This document shows positions 30,263-37,767 of a stretch of 64,000 nt of DNA, in pieces. The DNA is from Trueperaceae bacterium. GTDB lineage: Bacteria > Deinococcota > Deinococci > Deinococcales > Trueperaceae. A program made the translations under genes and the position numbers. The stretch's first letter is position 1. Each line of letters begins with the position of its first letter. The notes under the pieces were generated by a model. That model saw only the letters and a program-made list of their open reading frames with translations. It did not search any database and was not told where the DNA came from. The stretch is from the NCBI GenBank assembly GCA_965214405.1, contig OZ243956.1, positions 4,192,001 to 4,256,000 on the forward strand, read 5' to 3'.

Positions 30263-30515
30263 TCCCAACCCCAAGCAAGAGCACCTTCAGCCCGGCTGGA
30301 ACAAGGGCCTCGAGAAAGCCAGGGGCGTCCCCAAACTAAGGCCGGGCGAGGTTAGCCGCACCGTACGCGTGCGCGGACCCGAGGCGCTGTTTAAGGAGTT
30401 GGAAGCTCTCACGCCTGTCCAGGTAGGCGAGATATTAAAGCGCCACCTCAGCGGACCGAGGTCCTCTTGGGGTGTTGGCGAACAACTAGAAGGGGGCGGT
30501 GGGGATGCTCCCTAG
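30255..30515 (+). CDS. Small hypothetical, possibly DNA-binding protein (within array 1)
   Basis: MPNPNPKQEHL...SRTVRVRGPEALFKEL; overlaps neighbouring genes. Confidence 0.5.
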   Translation: MPNPNPKQEHLQPGWNKGLEKARGVPKLRPGEVSRTVRVRGPEALFKELEALTPVQVGEILKRHLSGPRSSWGVGEQLEGGGGDAP

Positions 30516-30807
30516 CAAGCCCGGCGTGAATCTAATCGAGGTCGCAGGTCTCGCCTACGTCGGCTCGAGCTTCAATATGAAAGCGGCAAAGGGCGCATTT
30601 GACAAAGCTGGAAGCGCGCAAGCATGTAAACCGCCAACTCCAAAGACTATTTAATTCGCACGGGGCAAAAAGCTTGAAGTTTACCGTCATTGAGGCGTTT
30701 ACGGGGGATGTTTCTCGAGCATGGCTTTGTAATTCTGAACGTGACTACACAACCTACTACGCTTCTAAAAAAGAGTTGTTGAACGGCGCGCTGGGCAGCG
30801 CAAAACC
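30505..30807 (+). pseudogene. Frameshifted GIY-YIG endonuclease fragment cut by the repeat at 30808
   Basis: PGVNLI...AYVGSSFNM, frameshift, then KRQRAHL..L...KHVNRQLQRLFNSHG...FTVIE...E. Confidence 0.65.
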
Positions 30808-31753
30808 GTTTCAATCCTCTACGAGGTTAACTGATTTTGCAACCGGACCACGTCAACGCCCGCGTCGGCGTGAACATGTTTCAATCCTCTACGAGGTTAA
30901 CTGATTTTGCAACCCGTTACTGTGGCTTCTGTGGGGTGTTTCATGACGTTTCAATCCTCTACGAGGTTAACTGGTTTTGCAACGCTCAATTTCGCGCGCG
31001 TCCACGCCCGAGGGCTGGTTTCAATCCTCTACGAGGTTAACTGGTTTTGCAACGGCCGCCGCCGTACTGCGCGTAGGCGAGACAGGGTTTCAATCCTCTA
31101 CGAGGTTAACTGGTTTTGCAACCGCCTACCTGCTGCGTCCCCAGCGCCGCACCTCCGTTTCAATCCTCTACGAGGTTAACTGGTTTTGCAACCAACATCG
31201 TCCGCCTCGCCAGCGCCAACCCCACGCAGTTTCAATCCTCTACGAGGTTAACTGGTTTTGCAACGGCGATGTCGCTTTTGGCGGCGTTGGTGAACTTGAG
31301 TTTCAATCCTCTACGAGGTTAACTGGTTTTGCAACCGGGCGGCTGGCAGGCGCAGCTCTTGGGCTCGGGTTTCAATCCTCTACGAGGTTAACTGGTTTTG
31401 CAACTCGAGGATGGCGGGTGAACGCTCCTGAGCTACCGAGTTTCAATCCTCTACGAGGTTAACTGGTTTTGCAACCGTCGGCCCAGCCTGCAAGGGCGAT
31501 TTCTAGGTTGTTTCAATCCTCTACGAGGTTAACTGGTTTTGCAACAGACCATCACGCTTGCCGAGGGAATAAACACCGGTTTCAATCCTCTACGAGGTTA
31601 ACTGGTTTTGCAACGGGATCGCCATCGTGCAGGCGCGCGCCGGGTTCGTTTCAATCCTCTACGAGGTTAACTGGTTTTGCAACCTACACTCTCTCCTGCG
31701 TGATGGGTCATAGCAGGGTTTCAATCCTCTACGAGGTTAACTGGTTTTGCAAC

Positions 31754-31900
31754 TGCGGCACTTCCCGTCTTATCCAGGGCGCACCCAAAATCGGGATCTG
31801 CGAGCACCCTCGAGAGTTGCACGCCTGTTTCGCTTTTCTGTACCGACAAAGTCATAAAAACCACGTCTCCGACGTTTGCGAGCACCTCCGCGCTTTAGAG
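31754..31900 (-). promoter_or_regulatory. Leader of array 1
   Basis: GGAAGTGCCGCA junction and two TGCTCGCA motifs shared with the array 2 leader. Confidence 0.75.
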
Positions 31901-32097
31901 AGGTCTCGTTTGCGTCCAGTACAAGTTTATCACAAGAGTGGCTAAAGGGTGCTTTGATCCTCGAGCGCTTTTTCGCGCGCTGAGGTTGTAACACTGTGGT
32001 GTGACAAGCCCCGTCCATACTGGTTGACATGCGAACCGGCCGCTTTGCATAGCAAAAGCTCTCTGGGTACCAGGAGACGCTGGGAAGGAGTTCGTCT

Positions 32098-32235
32098 ATG
32101 CGCAAGGTATGGATGGTGGGTTTGTTGCTGTTTAGCCTAGCGGCTCTCAGCACGCCAGCATTGATCGCCGGAACCGCCGGACAAAACGTTAGCGTGGCGT
32201 CCGACGGTGACGATTACGACACAGGGGGCGGCTAA
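32098..32235 (+). CDS. 45-aa secreted peptide precursor (below ORF-track cutoff)
   Basis: AAGGAG RBS; MRKVWMVGLLLFSLAALSTPALIAGTAGQNVSVASDGDDYDTGGG; convergent with the TPR regulator. Confidence 0.7.
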   Translation: MRKVWMVGLLLFSLAALSTPALIAGTAGQNVSVASDGDDYDTGGG

Positions 32236-32253
32236 ATAGCCTCGCGGGGATGC

Positions 32254-35139
32254 TTAGAGCATCCCCGCCTCTTCTAATAGCGAGAGAACGAGGCTTGCGA
32301 CTTCGCTTGTGCTGAGGGTCTGCCAGGCCGGGTCGGTAGCGCCTGGTGCGAGGTCCTGAACGTTAATATCCTGAAAGTTCCGGCGGTCCACGTAAAACAT
32401 TTTTGGGACGCTGCGGGCGCAGAAGGTAAACAAGGGTGCGCCGATAGGAAGAGGCTCGAGCACGCTCAGGGCGCTCAAGATACCCACTAAGCTCTGCAAC
32501 ATAAGCGGTTCGCTCCTTGTGCTGCGTAGCATTCTCAAACTGGCGCTGTAGTGCGCCAGCGCGGCCACAGGTTTTTCCTTTAGACAGATGGCCCCCAGAG
32601 TAGCATGTACCCTGGCCTCTTTGCCGAATCTGTTCGCCTGCACGTCTTTGAGCACCTCGTACCCCAGCCTCTTGGCGCGCTCTGCGTAGCCCTCGAGGGC
32701 GAAAAGGTGCGCGCGCTTGAGTTTGCAGAGGAGCGCCCAGTGCGTGAGGTCGAGCGTTTGCGCTTCGGCTAAGGCTTCCTCGAGCGCGACCCTGGCCCTT
32801 GGCAGCTCACCCGTCTCCAGGGCCAGCCAACCGTTTACATAAGCGCACCAGACGAGCTTGCCCCGTTTGGCTTGCGCGCTAAAGAGGGCGCTCGCCTCGG
32901 TGAGATGCATTTGCGCGTCGCCGTACGCGCCCCGGTTGATAGCGTTGATGGCGAGATTGATCATCGCGGTGGCGGCCTCGCCCGACCCTGGCTGAGCGAG
33001 ACGTAAACTCGCCTCGAACGCGCGCCGCGCCTCGGCAAAACCGCCCAGGGCGTCGTGCGCCGCGCCGAGGGCGTTGAAGCACGTTTCCTTGGCGGCGCAC
33101 GCGCCTGCGAGCGCACCAGAGAGCATCGGCAGGGCCGACGTCGCCTGGGTAACGGCCTCCTGGTAGCGGCCTAGGCGCAGCAAAAACCAGGCCCGGCTCG
33201 CGCTTAAGTGAGGGGCGTGGGGGTCTGCGGCGTGGGTGGCGTGGGCGAGGAGCGCCCTGTCGACCAGCTCGAGCCCCACTTGAGCTTGCGACAGCCCGTC
33301 GCAGAGGCGCTGCAAGGCGGGCAGCCGCGTCTGAAGTAGCGCCGCCTCGCCTTGTGAAACGGCCCAGGTCCAGGCGGCGACCATGTTACCTACATCCTCC
33401 CGCAACGCCTCGACCGCGCGCTCCTTCTCGCGCGGGTCGTCGCTGACCACGGCCCCTAACGCGTCTAGAAAGTAGCGCGCGTGTTTGGCTCTGAGGGCGT
33501 CCGTCACCTCGAAGCGTTCGCCCAAGTAGCGGCCGATAAGCGGATGAAGGCCGTACCTGCGCCCGCCGAACTCGAGCAGCGACGCATTAACGAGACGCTT
33601 GAGCGTTTCCGGGCGCGCGCCCAGGACGGCTTCGGCAGCCCCAAAGCCGAACCCACCCCCAAACACGCCAAGGCGAGAGAAGAGCGCGCGCGCCTCGGGC
33701 TCGAGGCGCTCGAGCGACACGTCGAACGCCGCCGCGACCGCTCCCAGAGCCGAACCTGGAGAGCGCAAACGCGTCTTTAGGAGCGTCACCAGCGCGCCAA
33801 GGGGCAGACTCGGCAACCCGTCCGCGGCCAGTTTGAGCGCCAGCGGCACCCCGGCGGTCTGCCGACAAAGCTCGGCCAGCGCGGGCGCGTCCTCGTCGCG
33901 GGGCGCAAAGGCGCGCCGCCGCGCTTCTGCGAGCAGCAAACGACCGGCGTCGGTCCGGTGGAGTTCGCCCAGCGTCGTGGCCCCCTGGGGCAGGTCCAGG
34001 CCGCCAAGCCGCACCACATGTTCGCCCTCGAGCCCCAAAGATTCGCGCGAGGTAACCAAGATGCCCAAGCGGGGGCAGTCACGCAGCAACGCCACGATAG
34101 CCGCGCGTGACGCCGCGTGAGACTCAGCGTTATCGAAGTTGTCGAAGATAAGAAGCAGCGCCTTCTCGCGCAGGAGCTCGGTGAGCCCTTCAGCGCTCCC
34201 GGTCACGCCCAGGGCCTCCGCTAGACGTCGCCACAGGTCGGGCGGGGCCGCGTTGGGTGAAGAGAGCGGAACGACGTACGCCCCGTCAAAGTACGGGAAC
34301 GCCTGCCGCGCGAAAGCCCGCGCCAGGGCCGTTTTACCGATTCCCGCCAGCCCGGTCACGGTGACGAGCCGCGTGGCGGTGCCAAAATGCTCCGCAAGCT
34401 CCCTCAGCTCGGTTTCGCGCCCGACAAAGTTTGGGTCTGCTGCAATTTGCCAGTTAACGCCCTGCCGGGAGGTGAGGGAGGGTAAACGGAGGGAGGGCAA
34501 ACCGTAAAGGTGACGCGCCTTTTCACCGACCCCCTCGGCCTCTCCTCCAAAGCCAGCCGCCAGGAGGAGCGCCTTCGCCCGCGCCAGGGCCTGCACGGAG
34601 GGCGGCGCGACCCCCTCGGGGAGGGCCAGCGCCTGCCGGACGCGCCCGCGCGCCGCCGCCGGGTCGCCCCGTCTCAGGTGTTCGTCCGCCAGCGCCAGGA
34701 GGGTGCGCACGAAACTTTCCTGAAGTTCGCCCCGTTTGCCCTCCAGCCACTCCCGCACCTCTTCGCCTAAGCGCAGGCGTTTGCGCTCGAGCCCTCCCAA
34801 AAAGGTGCCGCCGTAAAGCTCGACCGCCTCTTCATAACGCTTGTCCCCCACCGCCGTCCGGAAGTCCAGGGCGTCTACCCCGACATAGCTGGTGAGATAG
34901 CTGCTTAACGCCCCCCGGCCCGGCTCGAGCAGGCGAGGGTCGGTCTTTTTAAGCCGCCGCACCACGTCCGATAGGCTCTTGCTGCGCTTGGTCTTGTTGG
35001 GCTGGTGAGGCCAAAAAAGCTCTTTCAGCTCCCCCCGCGAGCGCTCGCCCTCGAGGGCGACAAAGGCGAGCACCAGGAGCGGTTGGGGGTCGGTGAGGTC
35101 GGGCTCGAGCTTCAACCCCCCTAATGTAAAGAGGCGCAT
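32254..35139 (-). CDS. AfsR/SARP-like regulator: wHTH-BTAD, NB-ARC ATPase and TPRs
   Basis: MRLFTLGGL..LLVLAFVALEG..SRGELKELFWP; FVGRETEL; GLAGIGKT Walker A; LLIFDNFD; C-terminal TPRs. Confidence 0.85.
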   Translation of the reverse strand: MRLFTLGGLKLEPDLTDPQPLLVLAFVALEGERSRGELKELFWPHQPNKTKRSKSLSDVVRRLKKTDPRLLEPGRGALSSYLTSYVGVDALDFRTAVGDKRYEEAVELYGGTFLGGLERKRLRLGEEVREWLEGKRGELQESFVRTLLALADEHLRRGDPAAARGRVRQALALPEGVAPPSVQALARAKALLLAAGFGGEAEGVGEKARHLYGLPSLRLPSLTSRQGVNWQIAADPNFVGRETELRELAEHFGTATRLVTVTGLAGIGKTALARAFARQAFPYFDGAYVVPLSSPNAAPPDLWRRLAEALGVTGSAEGLTELLREKALLLIFDNFDNAESHAASRAAIVALLRDCPRLGILVTSRESLGLEGEHVVRLGGLDLPQGATTLGELHRTDAGRLLLAEARRRAFAPRDEDAPALAELCRQTAGVPLALKLAADGLPSLPLGALVTLLKTRLRSPGSALGAVAAAFDVSLERLEPEARALFSRLGVFGGGFGFGAAEAVLGARPETLKRLVNASLLEFGGRRYGLHPLIGRYLGERFEVTDALRAKHARYFLDALGAVVSDDPREKERAVEALREDVGNMVAAWTWAVSQGEAALLQTRLPALQRLCDGLSQAQVGLELVDRALLAHATHAADPHAPHLSASRAWFLLRLGRYQEAVTQATSALPMLSGALAGACAAKETCFNALGAAHDALGGFAEARRAFEASLRLAQPGSGEAATAMINLAINAINRGAYGDAQMHLTEASALFSAQAKRGKLVWCAYVNGWLALETGELPRARVALEEALAEAQTLDLTHWALLCKLKRAHLFALEGYAERAKRLGYEVLKDVQANRFGKEARVHATLGAICLKEKPVAALAHYSASLRMLRSTRSEPLMLQSLVGILSALSVLEPLPIGAPLFTFCARSVPKMFYVDRRNFQDINVQDLAPGATDPAWQTLSTSEVASLVLSLLEEAGML

Positions 35140-35322
35140 AGGGTGGTTATAGCACGTTTTTGGGTTTCGTTGGAACGTCGTTGGAAGAGCGCGTGTTATC
35201 TAGGTTTTATGTCGGCGGTTACAGCTTCAGCGGTTACGGTCTCAGGAGTACGGAACGTGAAGGGTAACAAGCAGGGCGCGTTGTCACCTTGCGGTGTGAC
35301 GAGCCTCTTTTACCCTGGGGTC

Positions 35323-36126
35323 ATGAAACGCGCTTCTCCCAACCTGTCTTACAGTCTCGAGCCCGTCCTGCGTTGCCCGCGCCGCTTTCACCTAGAACGC
35401 GTCCGCCGCGAGCGCGTCCCGGCTCCCTTTGCCTCGAGCTACTTTGGCAGGGAGGTGCATGGGCGCGTCGCCACAAGTTTGCGTACCAATTTGCCCGCCG
35501 ACACGAGCGCGTTTCGCTTGCCACGGCGCTTGCTCTTGCAAGGCGGCGAAACCATAGACGACCTCACCTGGCGCGCGCAGAACGCCCTCACCCTGTTCAA
35601 CCTCAAATGCCGCCTCTGGTTGCGAGAGAAGGAGATAAAACACGTTGAGCATTACCTCCTCCAGCCTTACCGCGCGGGCGATGTGGACGTAAAGGTCAGT
35701 GGTATTCTCGACCTCATACTGACAAGCCCCAAGGGGGATACGCTCATCGACTGGAAAACGGGTAGCGCCCACGAAAGCGAAGACCAGCTCAAGTTTTACC
35801 TGATGCTCCGTTACCTAGAAACCGGACGGGAGCCGCGCCACGCGGAAGCCGTCAGCTTGAGCACGGGCGAGCCGCTCTGCGTCGCGTGGAACGAAGCCAT
35901 ACCTCAATGGTTCGAGGGGCGGCTGCTAACGATGTCTCGCCAGGTGGAGCGCTGCCAGGATGATGCGGATGTGGCCGAAGCGGGTCGGCACTGTACCTAC
36001 TGCCCCTACGCTCACGCTTGTGACCAGAGCGAAGCCCCTGGAGGGTGCGTTCTCGACACCTTCACAGGTGAAGTGCAAGGACTGGGAGGAGCGGCATATG
36101 GCCGAATCGAGACTTGGCGACTTTAA
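35323..36126 (+). CDS. PD-(D/E)XK (Cas4/RecB-like) nuclease with four-Cys cluster
   Basis: CPRRF, FGREVH, SGILDL, IDWKTG, QLKFY, CTYCPYAHAC; leaderless TACCCT-N6-ATG. Confidence 0.8.
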   Translation: MKRASPNLSYSLEPVLRCPRRFHLERVRRERVPAPFASSYFGREVHGRVATSLRTNLPADTSAFRLPRRLLLQGGETIDDLTWRAQNALTLFNLKCRLWLREKEIKHVEHYLLQPYRAGDVDVKVSGILDLILTSPKGDTLIDWKTGSAHESEDQLKFYLMLRYLETGREPRHAEAVSLSTGEPLCVAWNEAIPQWFEGRLLTMSRQVERCQDDADVAEAGRHCTYCPYAHACDQSEAPGGCVLDTFTGEVQGLGGAAYGRIETWRL

Positions 36127-37096
36127 GAACTTGTTCCGTGAAAAACGCACCTGGCGTGTCACCGACATCGAAAATCGCTTGGGAATCAGTCACACGAGCG
36201 TTTACCGTCTGCGAGACCAGCTTTACAGCCGCGAGCAAATATCTCTCGAAGCCAACATAAGAGATGACGACGGGCGGCTGATGCGCAGCGAACACGTCCA
36301 GCTAGGCTGCCTGAGTTGGCCCGAGGCGACGCCCATCGAAGAAGACGTCGGCGTTCAGATGCCCAAGTCTGAACTCGAGGCGCTAAAAGCGGCGGTTGCG
36401 CAGACCGAACACCTGACACCGCTCCTCAAAAGCGCACTAAAAACCCTTGGGCAGAGCAGCGCCGCCAAGAAACAGCTAAAATCCGAGCCCGTTATCTACA
36501 ATCCTCAAGTCGACCGGTACGACGCAGCGCTATTTGAAAAAGTGAGCAAGGCCATCCTGGATAGGCGGATTGCTCTAGTGACCTACGAAAACGCCCAGGG
36601 TCAGCAAAAAACCTACAAGTTCAACGCTTACAAACTCGTTTCCAGCAACCATCATTTGCATCTCGTCGGCGTAAGCCACAACAGCCTCGAGGCTGGCTTT
36701 GATACCGTCATCAGGCTGAGGCTGGACAAAATCACTGATTTTCGCTTTTTCTATGAAAAGAATAAAGCTATGTACTTCAAAAAGCCCAACTTTAACGTGC
36801 AAGACTACGCCCACAGAGAATTTGGTCCCTTCAGCGCCGAGGGTGAGCCGGTGAACGTCCGCGTTAAGTTTAGCCCGGAAAAAGCCCATTACATCGAGAG
36901 AACCAAACGGCACAAGTCCCAGAAGGTCATATGGTTAGAAGACGGTAGCGTCCTCTGGGAGATTGGAGCACCGCTGACCGACGACCTGGTGTATTGGGTG
37001 GTCGGTTATGGACCGCACGCGCGGGTGCTCGAGCCTCGAGAACTGAGAGAAAAGGTCGTGGCGTGGGCGCAGGGGAGTGTCGATGCGAATTCATAA
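36098..37096 (+). CDS. HTH-WYL(-WCX) transcriptional regulator
   Basis: N-terminal HTH; AILDRR..VTY; HLHLVG; LRLDKI; WVVGYGPHARVLEPRELREKV; GGAGGA RBS. Confidence 0.85.
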   Translation: MAESRLGDFKNLFREKRTWRVTDIENRLGISHTSVYRLRDQLYSREQISLEANIRDDDGRLMRSEHVQLGCLSWPEATPIEEDVGVQMPKSELEALKAAVAQTEHLTPLLKSALKTLGQSSAAKKQLKSEPVIYNPQVDRYDAALFEKVSKAILDRRIALVTYENAQGQQKTYKFNAYKLVSSNHHLHLVGVSHNSLEAGFDTVIRLRLDKITDFRFFYEKNKAMYFKKPNFNVQDYAHREFGPFSAEGEPVNVRVKFSPEKAHYIERTKRHKSQKVIWLEDGSVLWEIGAPLTDDLVYWVVGYGPHARVLEPRELREKVVAWAQGSVDANS

Positions 37097-37195
37097 GCTT
37101 TCCAAAACGACCGCCTTGAGCTCATTCGAAAGCTACATACCAAAAGCCACCAAGGCTTGTAGGTCTTGCTCGAGCGAATGGGTATCAGAAATCAT
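37091..37195 (-). pseudogene. Internally deleted DUF3368-like PIN toxin remnant
   Basis: MISDT fused directly to a C-terminal-like SLEQDLQALVAFGM*LSNELKAVVLESL, immediately after the UPF0175 gene. Confidence 0.5.
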
Positions 37196-37196
37196 C

Positions 37197-37448
37197 CTAA
37201 CGTTCTTCAGCATAGTTCAGGTCGTTGGCTATAAAGTCTTCAGCGTCGTAGTTGGGAAAGGAGTAGCCGTGTGAGGTATACCAGCGGATGGCCTCGAGGC
37301 GATTCAAACCCAACAGCGAGCCCGCCTTGCCGACGCTCATACGCTCTTCGCGCACCATTTGCAGCAGCAGACTCTCTAAGACTTTACGCTCTAAGTCGTC
37401 TCCGTAAGCGGCGAGTATTTCGGGGGAAAGCTCGAGGGTTATGGGCAT
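37197..37448 (-). CDS. UPF0175-family antitoxin-like protein
   Basis: MPITLELSPEI...RMSVGKAGSLLGLNRLEAIRW; leaderless TATACT-N6-ATG. Confidence 0.75.
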   Translation of the reverse strand: MPITLELSPEILAAYGDDLERKVLESLLLQMVREERMSVGKAGSLLGLNRLEAIRWYTSHGYSFPNYDAEDFIANDLNYAEER

Positions 37449-37767
37449 ATGGGGAGTATAGGGCAAAGGTGAGAGGTTGGGTAGGGTTTGAACCTCGAGT
37501 CGAAGAAAAGGTCGTGGTGTGGGCGCAAGGGGGTGTGGCACCTAAGAACGTTGTTCAGCCAAGATTTGCTCGAGGTCTTTTACAAGTGGAGGGAGATCTG
37601 TTTGTGGGTTGTTGCCTCCAAGTTATCCTCAACCCGCAGCGTCCAATCACTCAACCAAGCCAAAAGCGGCGAGAGAAGCAACACTCGAACCTTGAGGTCA
37701 TCACGGCGAATAATGAATGTATGAAAAGCGTCGGGAGCGTTGTGGCAAACTCGAGCTGGGAGGCTTA

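Larger units (their letters stand above)
28213..31753 (-). CRISPR. CRISPR array 1 (type I-D), repeat GTTGCAAAACCAGTTAACCTCGTAGAGGATTGAAAC on the minus strand
   Basis: 14 regularly spaced 36-bp repeats at 30808-31753, plus outlying repeats at 29581, 28998, 28284 (missing 5 nt) and 28213; leader on the right. Confidence 0.97.

Noticed and set aside
30984..31017. Array 1 spacer shares 14 nt (GCTCAATTTCGCGC) with 55876-55889, a possible self-target
   Set aside because: Match is at the PAM-distal end, the remainder is heavily mismatched, and one 14-mer hit is about what chance predicts
37540..37767. creTA/CreR-like mini-array upstream of cas3 (GTTGCCTCCAAGTTATCCTC weakly resembles the repeat 5' half)
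   Set aside because: No hairpin or ATTGAAAC handle and no second pseudo-repeat found
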